From the NCBI GenBank assembly GCA_030527585.1, contig JAUNAL010000001.1, positions 64,193-128,192 of the forward strand: DNA of 64,000 nucleotides. Direction: 5' to 3'. Position 1 is the first letter of the stretch. Every line of letters starts with the position of its first letter. Position numbers and translations under genes: made by a program. The notes below the pieces were generated by a model. That model saw only the letters and a list, made by a program, of their open reading frames with translations, was not told the origin of the DNA and searched no databases. Positions 9,845-19,471 of the stretch are shown piece after piece. This DNA is from Candidatus Saccharimonadota bacterium (GTDB lineage: Bacteria > Patescibacteriota > Saccharimonadia > Saccharimonadales > Saccharimonadaceae).

Positions 9845-10368
9845 TGAAGAAAGCTAAATTGCTTTGGATTGACCTAGAAATGACCGGACTCGAGCCGGAA
9901 AAAGACAGGATTCTTGAAGTCGCCGCTATCGCCACCGACATGGAATTAAATGAAAAGGCTCGCTTTGAAGCTACCGTAAAAGTGGACGAAAAGATTATCA
10001 AAGAAAGAATGGTCGGCGATTTTTGGGAGAAAAATGACAAAATCCGCGACGAGCTTATCGAAAATAGCGAAAACGGGAAACCAGTCGAGGAAGTTGAAAG
10101 GGAACTAATTAATTTTATTGATAAAAATTTCAGCAAAACCATCTATCTTGCCGGAAATTCAATCCACCAAGACCGCAAATTTATCGAACGCGAGATGCCG
10201 GAGCTGAACAAGAAACTTCACTACCGCATGCTTGACGTTTCTGCCTGGAAAATCTACTTTGAAAACGCATTGAATAAAAAATTTACTAAGCCTGAAAACC
10301 ATCGCGCGCTCGATGATATCGAAGGCTCAATTGGAGAATTAAAATGGTATTTGACATTTCTAAAGTAA
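9844..10368 (+). CDS. orn: Oligoribonuclease
   Basis: WIDLEMTGL, LAGNSIHQDRKF, LHYRMLDVS, HRALDDI. Confidence 0.95.
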   Translation: MKKAKLLWIDLEMTGLEPEKDRILEVAAIATDMELNEKARFEATVKVDEKIIKERMVGDFWEKNDKIRDELIENSENGKPVEEVERELINFIDKNFSKTIYLAGNSIHQDRKFIEREMPELNKKLHYRMLDVSAWKIYFENALNKKFTKPENHRALDDIEGSIGELKWYLTFLK

Positions 10369-10628
10369 CCGGCATCGCAAATTTTTCTGAAAAACCGGAA
10401 AAAGAACGCACCCTCTACCTAAAAGACGAAAAAGTTTTTCTCGTCGTCAATAAAAACACCATTGAGCTTCGCACTGATGGTAAACTCGCCAAACTCCTCT
10501 CAGAAAAATACGAATCGGTCATGGATTCTCGCTATTTTGGTCGTGGCGGCATCGAAATCGTTTTAAGTAGTCAGCTCTCCGAGGATGAGCTCTACGACCT
10601 CGTTCGCCTCAGCTATAACCTCTCCTAA
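10344..10628 (+). CDS. MmcQ/YjbR-like small DNA-binding protein
   Basis: Size and the LAKLL.EKY...DLVRLSYNL pattern. Confidence 0.55.
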   Translation: MVFDISKVTGIANFSEKPEKERTLYLKDEKVFLVVNKNTIELRTDGKLAKLLSEKYESVMDSRYFGRGGIEIVLSSQLSEDELYDLVRLSYNLS

Positions 10629-10783
10629 AGCCTTTATTCTTGACTTTTTTATTAAAATGTGCTATAATGGAAGAGTAACTTGGTTTTTAACCTCGCGCAC
10701 CTTAAAATGAGCTATTTTTGCGTGAGCTAAAACCTAAACTTTCCGAGCCAAGCTCGAAACAAAAGAAAGAGGGGTAACTCAAA

Positions 10784-11455
10784 ATGAAGCAGTTAAGAGA
10801 AAAATGGCACAATTTCTGTGTCAAAAAGTCAGAAGAATTTCTTCGCACCAGTAAAGTTCTGGATAATCCAGACGACTATAACGGTGAAGAAATTCGCCAA
10901 GCGCGGAAACACGAAGAAAGCCTTGAGGGAAGGATGGATATTTCATCCGAAATGGCTGGGAACCTGCTTAGCGCGCTATCTCAAACCTCATTAATTGTCG
11001 GGCCAGACCCATACAAAATCTGTCTCGTAATCAATTTAGCGAAGGGAAGCCTGACATTCTATGAGATAGGCGAGCGCCATCGCTTACAGTCATTTATCGG
11101 CTCCTACGAAGATTTTCTGAATGGGACCATGCTGAACCCATATGATAAGAATTCATATGTAATCACCCACCATGCCGAAGAAGGCGAGTGGCTGACCAGA
11201 ATCAGCGAGCAAAACGGGCAAATTGAGGGTAGCCTGCAGTGGCTGAGGTTGTTTATCCGCCTATTCTTCCGAGAATTTTTAGACGAAGCAGGCTATGAAG
11301 ACAGCGAGCCAGAGTTAATCGCTTTAGTCGGTGAACATTCGCTCGCCCGAAGATTCCCTGAGGTAGCTTATGCTCCAATCGAGTATACGCATCTCCGAAA
11401 CAAGGGAACTGGCCCACTTTATCATTCAGACCAGTTCTTCACCTACAAGCAATAG
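10784..11455 (+). CDS. Hypothetical protein
   Basis: 223-aa ORF with its own TTGACT/TGCTATAAT promoter, SD and terminator; no recognisable motif. Confidence 0.7.
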   Translation: MKQLREKWHNFCVKKSEEFLRTSKVLDNPDDYNGEEIRQARKHEESLEGRMDISSEMAGNLLSALSQTSLIVGPDPYKICLVINLAKGSLTFYEIGERHRLQSFIGSYEDFLNGTMLNPYDKNSYVITHHAEEGEWLTRISEQNGQIEGSLQWLRLFIRLFFREFLDEAGYEDSEPELIALVGEHSLARRFPEVAYAPIEYTHLRNKGTGPLYHSDQFFTYKQ

Positions 11456-11458
11456 CTC

Positions 11459-11485
11459 AAAGCCCCGACCTAGTCGGGGCTTTTT
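11459..11485. terminator. Bidirectional terminator
   Basis: AAAGCCCCGAC-cta-GTCGGGGCTTTTT between convergent genes. Confidence 0.85.
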
Positions 11486-11934
11486 CACGCCTCTTTTTCT
11501 TTACAACCACAGTCGCGCTTTCTCCGCAACCGATTCATTGTCTTGACAATCATAAAGATCACCCAAGCGACAATCAAGAATTCAACCACATTCTGTAAGA
11601 AATTCCCATAGCGAATTACTACACCCTCTCCGCCAGTAATGAAATTCGGAATAACAATCGAGAGGTCCCTTAAGTTCACTCCGCCCATCAACATTCCCGC
11701 AATCGGCATCACCAAATCATTAACCAGGGAGTTAACAATCGCCGTAAATGCGCCACCTACCGCAACGCCTACCGCAAGGTCGACTACCGACCCGCGATTA
11801 ATAAATTCCAGAAACTCTTTTCTAAAACCATACCCCACCTTGCTGGCTTTCTTTAACTTTTCCTTAGCAACCTTCGCTGCCTTTTTCGCAGACGCACCTG
11901 CCACTTCCGTAATTTTTGTATCGTTTTTCATCAC
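11485..11934 (-). CDS. mscL: Large-conductance mechanosensitive channel
   Basis: EF..FINRGSVVDLAVGVAVGGAFTAIVNSLVND, YG.FL..VVEFLIVA. Confidence 0.95.
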   Translation of the reverse strand: MMKNDTKITEVAGASAKKAAKVAKEKLKKASKVGYGFRKEFLEFINRGSVVDLAVGVAVGGAFTAIVNSLVNDLVMPIAGMLMGGVNLRDLSIVIPNFITGGEGVVIRYGNFLQNVVEFLIVAWVIFMIVKTMNRLRRKRDCGCKEKEA

Positions 11935-11942
11935 ACTCCTTT

Positions 11943-12557
11943 CTAATTAGTTTCCGAAAAGCTGTTAAATTTTTCGTAAAGGTTGTTCAAGCTATTAAAG
12001 GAAGTCTCCAAAATCCCCTTTAGCTCCTCGTCTTTCGTAGAGCCATAAATGCTCGACTCTTTCGACGAAATCAGCGAAATCTCATAAGCCATTTTATGTG
12101 CATAAATCCGGTCTAGATTCCCATTAATCTTCGCCTCGAATAGTTCCGAAGAGAGTCCATCCTTCTCAAGCGTCGCCTCTTCGACCATCTTTTTATCAAC
12201 AGATTTTTCTGTGTAATTATATTTCTTCGCTAAATATTCATTTAGCTCGCGTTCGGTATTGGACAAAATTCCATACAGAGAAGCCGAGCTAGATCGTAAA
12301 TCAGAAGATTTCACGTTCGCCTGGTATGTTGATACGACCTCGAGAGTATTGCTTAGCCTCAGTTCCAGCCAAAAACTCTGTTCTTTCACGCCCCCCGAAC
12401 CAGCATTCAGAATTGCTCCCAGAATTAAAATCAATATTAGGGCAATTAGCCCTCCCACCCCCAACTTAAAAAATGGGGAAGACATAAAACCTGGCTTTCC
12501 GGACTTAGTTGGCCGGACATCACCAGAGATTTGATTGAGGTAATCCAAGTTCTCCAT
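11943..12557 (-). CDS. Hypothetical single-pass membrane protein
   Basis: DYLNQIS N-terminus, one TM helix, helical C-terminal domain. Confidence 0.8.
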   Translation of the reverse strand: MENLDYLNQISGDVRPTKSGKPGFMSSPFFKLGVGGLIALILILILGAILNAGSGGVKEQSFWLELRLSNTLEVVSTYQANVKSSDLRSSSASLYGILSNTERELNEYLAKKYNYTEKSVDKKMVEEATLEKDGLSSELFEAKINGNLDRIYAHKMAYEISLISSKESSIYGSTKDEELKGILETSFNSLNNLYEKFNSFSETN

Positions 12558-12575
12558 ATATGTTATAATTATAGC

Positions 12576-14210
12576 ATGAATGACTTAAAGGAGGAAATTA
12601 AATCCAGGCTGGCGGTGGAAGATGTAGTGGGACAGTATGTGGAGCTAAAACGTGCCGGCCGTAATTTAAAAGGTCGTTCTCCTTGGGGTGTTGATAAAAC
12701 CCCTTCTTTTATGGTTTCTCCCGAAAAAGGGATTTGGCATGATTTTTCTGCCAACAAAGGCGGTGATATTTTCAGCTTCGTGATGGAGGTTGAGGGGATT
12801 AGTTTTCGTGAAGCTTTGGAAAAATTGGCCGCACAAGCTGGCGTAGATATCTCGAGATATCGTGGCGGCGATAAAGACGTAATGAAGAAGAAACTTCGCG
12901 CCAAAGAAGCTCTCGTTCTCGCTACGAAATATTACCAAGCCTGCCTAGTTAGAAATCGTGAGGTTTGCGAGTATGTTTTTTATAAGCGGAACTTAAATCG
13001 CGAAACTCTCGCAAAGTTTAAAATCGGTTATTCTCCTGCTTCTGGTAAGGCTCTCCTCGAAGCCCTGAAAAAGCGGGGCTTCACGAATGAGGAGCTAAAT
13101 AGCGCTGGACTTTTGAACCAATACGGTGGTGACATGTTCCGCGATCGTATGATGGTTCCTTTTATCGACACGACCGGGAATATTATTGGCTTTACCGCTC
13201 GCGTTGTTGGAAAAGGCGAACCAAAATATTTGAACACTAGCGATACTATTCTCTTTAATAAATCTCGTTTTATTTTCGGACTCCATAACGCTAAAGAATC
13301 AATCCGTCGTAGCGGTTTCGTCGTGATTGTTGAAGGAAATATGGATGTCATTTCATCTCATCAAGCTGGCGTAAAAGAAGCCGTCGCAACGAGCGGCACC
13401 GCAATGACCGAACAACATTTAAAAGCTCTTTCGAATTTGACAACCGATATTCGTCTCGCCTATGATGGTGACGAGGCTGGCGTTCGTGCGACCGAACGTG
13501 CAATTATGATGGCGGGTAATCTCGGGATTGATTTAACTGTGATTTCTAACTACCACGGCGCCAAGGACCCCGATGAATTGATTCAAAAAGACCCAAAGCT
13601 TTGGCAACAAGCCGTTGAGGAGCGCATTCCGGCTGTCGACTGGCTTCTGAATAAGTATGAAGAAAATTTGAATCTTCGTTCCGCGCCAGATCTTCGCAAA
13701 TATACCGACATCGCTCTAAAACTTTTGAGCTATGTTAAAGACGAAATTGAACGCGCAAAATATGAGGAAAAAGTTGCAAAGAAAATTGATCTGCCGGTTG
13801 ATATTCTTCGCCAAAAAGGGAATCGTTTGAAAACTGCACTTGACGAAAAAGCTGCTTCAAAAATTCGTAAAAAACCGAAAACTGAAGTTGTTCCGGACCA
13901 TATTAAAAAGTTGGAAAATAGCCTCCTCGCACTCAAAGTTTTTGGCGGCATCACAAAAACCGATATTCCTTTTGATGTTCCTGAAAATGACGCGAGGCTT
14001 GCTGAACTAGAATTAATTTTTAATACCGAACACGAAAACATCCTCGAGCCGAACTATGAAAAAGAAGCCGCCGAACTTTTCAAACGCTATGAAGCCGAGC
14101 ATAAAAAAGATAAAATCAATCAGCTTAAAATCCAGCTCGCCGAACTCTCCGAAGACGATGAAGCTTATGAAAAATTGCTTCGTGAGATTACCGACTTGCA
14201 AAAATCTTAA
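12576..14210 (+). CDS. dnaG: DNA primase
   Basis: KTPSF, FRDRMMVP, PKYLNT, VEGNMDV, AYDGDEAG, KDPDE. Start set at the ATG at 12576, 6 nt after TGTTATAAT. Confidence 0.96.
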   Translation: MNDLKEEIKSRLAVEDVVGQYVELKRAGRNLKGRSPWGVDKTPSFMVSPEKGIWHDFSANKGGDIFSFVMEVEGISFREALEKLAAQAGVDISRYRGGDKDVMKKKLRAKEALVLATKYYQACLVRNREVCEYVFYKRNLNRETLAKFKIGYSPASGKALLEALKKRGFTNEELNSAGLLNQYGGDMFRDRMMVPFIDTTGNIIGFTARVVGKGEPKYLNTSDTILFNKSRFIFGLHNAKESIRRSGFVVIVEGNMDVISSHQAGVKEAVATSGTAMTEQHLKALSNLTTDIRLAYDGDEAGVRATERAIMMAGNLGIDLTVISNYHGAKDPDELIQKDPKLWQQAVEERIPAVDWLLNKYEENLNLRSAPDLRKYTDIALKLLSYVKDEIERAKYEEKVAKKIDLPVDILRQKGNRLKTALDEKAASKIRKKPKTEVVPDHIKKLENSLLALKVFGGITKTDIPFDVPENDARLAELELIFNTEHENILEPNYEKEAAELFKRYEAEHKKDKINQLKIQLAELSEDDEAYEKLLREITDLQKS

Positions 14211-14231
14211 AATAGACTATAATTATTACCA

Positions 14232-15203
14232 ATGAGCGCTAAAGATGATATTTTGAACGCAAAAGATTTAACACTTGATCTCGACGAGCCAAATACTGGC
14301 GACCTCGAAGATGAGGAAGAGCTTTCCGACGAAGATCTCGCGATTACCGCGGAGAATGTCGATGCTTTTGCTGATGACTCGGTGAGATTATATCTCCGTG
14401 AGATCGGTAAAATCCCACTTTTAACTCCTGAAGAAGAGGCTGATTTGGCCGCCCGAATTGTTAAGGGCGATAAAAAAGCCAAAGATAAAATGGTTGAGTC
14501 GAATATGCGGCTTGTTGTTTCAATTGCGAAGCGCTATGGCGGCCGTGGTCTTGATTTTCTTGATTTAATTCAGGAAGGGAACACGGGGCTGTTGAGGGCT
14601 GTCGAAAAATTTGACCCGGAAAAAGGTTTTAAATTCTCGACTTATGCAACTTGGTGGGTTCGCCAGGCAATTACTCGTGCCATCGCCGACCAGGCTCGTA
14701 CTATTCGTATTCCAGTCCATATGGTTGAAACCATTAATAAAGTTCTCCGCACGACGAGAAAGTTAACTTCCGAGTTAAATCGCGAGCCAACCAATGAGGA
14801 AATCGCCAAAGAACTCGATATGGAGCCGGACAAGATTGACTACGTTATGCGTATTAAACAAGATATCGCCTCGCTCGACGCCTCGGTCGGTCGAGAGGGC
14901 GATGATGAAGATTCGGTACTCGGTGATTTTGTTGAAGATGAAGAGCGCGATTCGCCAGAAGAATCCGCCGCGAACCAAATTTTGAAAGAACAACTTTCTG
15001 AAATTATCGCAACCTTAACTGATCGCGAACAAAAAATTATTCGTCTTCGCTTCGGTATTGGTGGCGGTCGTCCACATACTTTGGAAGAAGTAGGGAATGA
15101 ATTTGATGTAACTCGCGAGCGTATCCGCCAGATTGAGGCTAAGGCTCTCTCGAAACTTCGCAAGAATAAAGATACGAAAAAGTTACACGAATACTTAAAA
15201 TAG
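14232..15203 (+). CDS. rpoD: Primary sigma-70 factor
   Basis: [48 protein letters not shown]. Confidence 0.97.
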   Translation: MSAKDDILNAKDLTLDLDEPNTGDLEDEEELSDEDLAITAENVDAFADDSVRLYLREIGKIPLLTPEEEADLAARIVKGDKKAKDKMVESNMRLVVSIAKRYGGRGLDFLDLIQEGNTGLLRAVEKFDPEKGFKFSTYATWWVRQAITRAIADQARTIRIPVHMVETINKVLRTTRKLTSELNREPTNEEIAKELDMEPDKIDYVMRIKQDIASLDASVGREGDDEDSVLGDFVEDEERDSPEESAANQILKEQLSEIIATLTDREQKIIRLRFGIGGGRPHTLEEVGNEFDVTRERIRQIEAKALSKLRKNKDTKKLHEYLK

Positions 15204-15211
15204 GAGAACTT

Positions 15212-15655
15212 ATGAAAAAAATATTACTCGCCATCGCAGCTATCTTTATCGGGGCTTTCGGACTTCTTGTTTCGACTCCAACGTTTGCAGCCAAAATTAA
15301 TGCTACAAACAGCAAGGGCGAAACTAGGCAATTTGAGGAAGGCAGTTGCGTCGAAACAGCAATTCTTGCGGAGTGGGATACCGATGGAGACGGGAAAATG
15401 GACTCTGCTTGTGATGGCGGAAATGGTGACAGCGTTATAGGAATTCTCGAAATTGTCCTTAATATTATGACAGTTTGTATTGGTATCGTTGGCGCCATCG
15501 GCATCACCGTTGTCGGCATTCAATATATGACCGCCGCTGATAATGAAGAGCAAGTTCGCAAATCAAAACGTCGCATGCTCGAAATCGTTATCGGTTTTGC
15601 CGCCTATGTTCTAGTATACGCGCTCCTAAAGTGGCTCTTGCCATCCTTTAAATAG
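15212..15655 (+). CDS. Pilin-like protein (TrbC/VirB2-like, CPR type)
   Basis: Signal peptide, Cys-flanked variable loop, two C-terminal TM helices with GIQYMTA...K.K.R...IVIG. Confidence 0.75.
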   Translation: MKKILLAIAAIFIGAFGLLVSTPTFAAKINATNSKGETRQFEEGSCVETAILAEWDTDGDGKMDSACDGGNGDSVIGILEIVLNIMTVCIGIVGAIGITVVGIQYMTAADNEEQVRKSKRRMLEIVIGFAAYVLVYALLKWLLPSFK

Positions 15656-15656
15656 C

Positions 15657-16565
15657 ATGAAACGCCTCTTTATCGTCTATAATCCAAACTCCTCTAAGTA
15701 TTGTCATGTTAAAACTGAAATTCTTGACTGCCCCGAAAACTTCAAAGGCTTTATACTAGGTAAGTATGCCATTAAAAAAACTAGTTTTAATAAAAACGTC
15801 GCCGACTTCTCAAAGTTCCTAGCTGACGGGGACCTCGTTCTTTCCGCCGGTGGTGACGCAACCGCCGCCATCGCAGCCAACGCAATCATTGAATCAAAAA
15901 AAGACGCAACGCTTGCCGTGCTTCCGTATGGCAACTTTAATGATCTCGCCCGTACTCTAAACACTTTCAAACTCAAAGATATTTTTAGCAAAACCGCGAC
16001 GACTAAAAAACTCCACCCGCTTTCGGTTTATGTCGACGGAAAGTTTTGGCGCTACGCAACCTGTTATACGACAATCGGTATGACCGCTGAGGCTGTTGAA
16101 CTTTTTGATGATGAAAATGTCAGGAAACAACTTCAAAAAGGCCATAAAAGCTCTTGGCGTTCCTACATTCATCTTATGGTCTGGTATTTCAAAAATCGCC
16201 ACAAAAAACAATTCATTCCCGACTTCAAATTAAACGGAAAGCCTCAGCATAAAAAAACCTCCGACTATGCCGCAGTTAATGGCTACTCAATGTGTCGTGT
16301 CATGAAAGGCGGACGCGATTATTTGGAGCCAAAAACTTTTCGTAGCATGACCGATCGCCTAACTAATTTTCCGCGCCTGTTTGTTTTAATGGTAAAGAGT
16401 ATTCTATATCGCACGCCAGGGAAGGACACAGTTGGCGACATATTAGAGTTCGATAATCTAGCAACCGTCGAAATCCAAGCCGAGGGCGAATATGAAATTT
16501 TCGAAAACATCAAAAAAATTGAAATCAAAAAAGGCGACGCATGTTTGAAGGTAATTCAGAATTAA
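15657..16565 (+). CDS. Diacylglycerol kinase-family protein
   Basis: VYNPNS, SAGGDAT, LPYGNFNDLAR, IQAEGE. Confidence 0.85.
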   Translation: MKRLFIVYNPNSSKYCHVKTEILDCPENFKGFILGKYAIKKTSFNKNVADFSKFLADGDLVLSAGGDATAAIAANAIIESKKDATLAVLPYGNFNDLARTLNTFKLKDIFSKTATTKKLHPLSVYVDGKFWRYATCYTTIGMTAEAVELFDDENVRKQLQKGHKSSWRSYIHLMVWYFKNRHKKQFIPDFKLNGKPQHKKTSDYAAVNGYSMCRVMKGGRDYLEPKTFRSMTDRLTNFPRLFVLMVKSILYRTPGKDTVGDILEFDNLATVEIQAEGEYEIFENIKKIEIKKGDACLKVIQN

Positions 16566-17341
16566 AAAAGGTCATTGCTTACATGCAGTCGCATTGGCCA
16601 AGTCAGGTCAAACCAGAATGGCAAGTTAGCCTAAACGAATATCCAGAAATTTTGATGAAAGTTCTCGCTGATTTTACTGTTGGAAAAACTAGAAACCGTA
16701 ATCTCGTCCGCATTGCAGGCCTTTCTGGATCCGGAAAAACCACCCAACTTCTCCCAGCCGTCGAAGCTTACTTTAAAAAAAATCACGAAAATCCCGTTCT
16801 CGTTGCCGCTCGCCGTTTTGCACCTTACCATCCACACTACCAAGAAATCTCAGATTTTTACGGCGAGGAAAATGTCCGAAAACTTACCGACGAATTTAGC
16901 ACGATTATGCTATTTTTAAGCTTATCGGAACTCATCAAAAACGGCTTCGATATTATTCTTGACGTTACGCTCCTCGATCCAGAAATCGAAAAAATCTTAA
17001 TCAAACTTTTAACTCACGCAAATTATGAACATTTCATTGTCATGATTGCGGCTTCACCCGAAATAACCGAAAAACATCTCTCATCTCGTAGCTGGCGCCA
17101 CAGTCGTGAAACCGAGCTCGAATTTATTCGTGCTACTACTCTCGCCCTCAAGTTTTACGCTGAAAACGCGGGCGAAACCAAAATCATCCTCTGGAATACT
17201 TACGACAAAAATCCAATCTATAATGGTCCAGTTAAAAACTCTCTCGCAACTTTCGAAAGGGAATCAAAAATCACCGAAGTCCCAGGGCATGATGAAGATA
17301 AACTAAAGCAAGCGAAAATAAAGTTTCTAAGCGAAACATAA
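16541..17341 (+). CDS. Zeta-toxin-family P-loop kinase
   Basis: IAGLSGSGKTT, HPHY, IILDVTL; overlaps the upstream gene. Confidence 0.65.
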   Translation: MFEGNSELKKVIAYMQSHWPSQVKPEWQVSLNEYPEILMKVLADFTVGKTRNRNLVRIAGLSGSGKTTQLLPAVEAYFKKNHENPVLVAARRFAPYHPHYQEISDFYGEENVRKLTDEFSTIMLFLSLSELIKNGFDIILDVTLLDPEIEKILIKLLTHANYEHFIVMIAASPEITEKHLSSRSWRHSRETELEFIRATTLALKFYAENAGETKIILWNTYDKNPIYNGPVKNSLATFERESKITEVPGHDEDKLKQAKIKFLSET

Positions 17342-17421
17342 AGAAAATGCGAAGCTCGCATTTTCAGAGCGGACACCCGTAAAGACGGGCTGTCCGCGGG
17401 TTTCGCGTGGAACTTTATTTT
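17315..17421 (+). repeat. Structured dispersed element, copy 1
   Basis: Outer inverted repeat, TCTAAG/CGTGG loop, GCGAAAC/GTTTCGC stem and two inner hairpins. The core matches 44221-44306 and the reverse complement at about 40928-41013. Confidence 0.85.
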
Positions 17422-17424
17422 TGT

Positions 17425-18237
17425 CTACAACTGATTTAGATTGATCTCCGGAAAATTCGTCCGGATATGCTCAGCATACCCATTATCAATATTCTTCCAC
17501 GCATCTTTCATCCTCGCCACCTTTGAATTATCTTCAAACTGTGCCAAAAACTCCGCCTCAAACTCCTCCGGCACCGGTCGCGACAAAACCCTCGCCGTGT
17601 CCATTTGCGGATTCCCAGTCCCCGCAAAACAAAAATCAATCACTCCAATCATTTTATCATTTTCATCAAGCAAAATATTCCCAAGATTCAAATCCCCATG
17701 CACCAGCTGCCCAGTCTCCGTCTCCTTAATAAATTTATGGTCCTCATCGATGTGCGAAACATAATGCTCATAATCAAGTTCATGCAAAAAATCCGACAAC
17801 GGATATTTTACTTTTTCCGGCGCCCCCCGAAGGTCGATTCCAGAAAGTTCCTTGATAAACTTCGCCGTATCATACGCCACCCCCGTGAGCGCCGTATGTG
17901 ACAAATGATAAATTCGGTCACCCAAAGTATACCCCTCAATTTTTCTGTGCACCGAAAACGGACGTCCCGCCGCGTCATAATGAAGCTCCATTTGTGGTGT
18001 ATAAAAACTCGTCTTCCCCTCAACAAAATTACAAACCGCCGCATCCTTCACGATCATTCGCGCCCAGAATGGATTCCTTGGGAACCGGAAAAAATAGCTC
18101 CCATCATCCGTCAAAACCTCAATCACAATATTCGTCCACCCCGTCAAAATATGCTCAGACTGCAGAATTTTCTTCTCTGGAAACGTCTCCGCAATAATCT
18201 TGTTAAGTGGATCTGAAGGTGTAAAAAAATCGGCCAT
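17425..18237 (-). CDS. Aminoglycoside phosphotransferase / choline kinase-like protein
   Basis: GWTN, FFRFPR, LVHGDLNLGNILLD, GVIDF. Confidence 0.85.
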   Translation of the reverse strand: MADFFTPSDPLNKIIAETFPEKKILQSEHILTGWTNIVIEVLTDDGSYFFRFPRNPFWARMIVKDAAVCNFVEGKTSFYTPQMELHYDAAGRPFSVHRKIEGYTLGDRIYHLSHTALTGVAYDTAKFIKELSGIDLRGAPEKVKYPLSDFLHELDYEHYVSHIDEDHKFIKETETGQLVHGDLNLGNILLDENDKMIGVIDFCFAGTGNPQMDTARVLSRPVPEEFEAEFLAQFEDNSKVARMKDAWKNIDNGYAEHIRTNFPEINLNQL

Positions 18238-18272
18238 GCCCCTATTATACCATAGCTAGCCCCCTGCGCCCC

Positions 18273-18300
18273 TTGATTTTTGGAGGAAATATGCTATAAT
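18273..18300 (+). promoter_or_regulatory. Sigma-70 promoter of the Ubl operon
   Basis: TTGATT-N16-TATAAT with an extended TG. Confidence 0.65.
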
Positions 18301-18378
18301 GAAGGGTGAGGCATTCTTTTTGCATGTCTTGTAATTTAAAATCCGATTTTATATCACACGAAGAAAGGAAGTGGTTTT

Positions 18379-19467
18379 TTGAAGAAACTCAAACAAATGA
18401 AGCTAAGGCAGGGTTATGGATATGACGTCCACGGAGAAATAAATATGGGGACTTGTGCTGGCATCATGGCTGTATTTTGCTTTTTTGGTGAGGTCATAGG
18501 CGCGCTTTTTGCGCCGGCATCATCAAGGGGAATAGTAGCGTTATGTATTTTTCTCGTGGCTTGGGTAATCTACGGGTTTGTTATCTTGCTGGCCTATGAT
18601 GAACATAAACGTGACTACTATTTCTTCATTGACTTACCGCGCAGTCCTCAAGGTTTCCTTATCGGACTGTCCACCTTACCGATGTTCCCAGTCTATATCA
18701 TCAGCGGGATTCGTCTAGGTATTTGGCACTTAATGCGTCATCGCGAAGAGATTGAAGCAGCCAAAGAGTCGCTTAAGAAGCAAGAAAAAATCGATAGACA
18801 GATTAATTCTGAAAGTCGAAAGCTCCGCCGGCGAGCGCGAGAAACTTACATCAAGTATGTAACGCGCACCCGAATTAGTGGAATCGAGTCGAGACGGAGA
18901 TATCTCACAGGCCTCGTCAAAGATCAGGAGAAAGATTTGCATACTTTAGGTGAACGACTGCGCGAGATGCAACGCAACTTGGCGGAAAATCGCAAAGAAC
19001 TTGCTGGCCTCCAAATCGAGACTGAAGCCGAAAGCCGAAAACGTGCTAGAAAAGAATGGGACCAAATCCGCGATATGCGCGGCGTCATTGGCGTTAGCGT
19101 TGATGGCGATGACAGACTTGTTCTTAAGGTTCGCGTGCATGTCGAGTATAAAAAGGAGCTATATGATTTCGGCGACTATGTCGTAAAAATCGGTCAAGGA
19201 GAATCTTTTTATGCAACCGAGATTCGTTCTGGGCGACTCAAGAATCCCACTAGCGCAAGACCATATTATATGGAACGTAGCGGTTTCTGCTTCGGTAGTC
19301 GGAAGTCTGAGATACAAATGTATCTTCGTAATGGGCAACTCATTGAAGCGATTACGCTCATTATCGACTCGCTTCATTCTGCCAACCCGAGCGACGAGGA
19401 TGGGATTCCGGAATGTTTCAGAAAAGTTAGTTTAATCGAAAATCTTAAACGAAAAGCAAGGGGGTGA
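18379..19467 (+). CDS. Three TM helices + coiled coil + putative prokaryotic E2-like domain
   Basis: Three hydrophobic N-terminal segments and a charged coiled coil. C-terminal ARPYY...GFCFG (Cys codon 19288-19290) and L.SANPSD resemble Prok-E2 catalytic motifs. Operon context supports this. Confidence 0.55.
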   Translation: MKKLKQMKLRQGYGYDVHGEINMGTCAGIMAVFCFFGEVIGALFAPASSRGIVALCIFLVAWVIYGFVILLAYDEHKRDYYFFIDLPRSPQGFLIGLSTLPMFPVYIISGIRLGIWHLMRHREEIEAAKESLKKQEKIDRQINSESRKLRRRARETYIKYVTRTRISGIESRRRYLTGLVKDQEKDLHTLGERLREMQRNLAENRKELAGLQIETEAESRKRARKEWDQIRDMRGVIGVSVDGDDRLVLKVRVHVEYKKELYDFGDYVVKIGQGESFYATEIRSGRLKNPTSARPYYMERSGFCFGSRKSEIQMYLRNGQLIEAITLIIDSLHSANPSDEDGIPECFRKVSLIENLKRKARG

Positions 19468-19471
19468 TTTT

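Noticed and set aside
17399-17414. parS-like site in the repeat (GGTTTCGCGTGGAACT, 13/16 to consensus)
   Set aside because: The central CACGTG is broken, the other copies match worse, and the sequence is explained by the element's stem pairing
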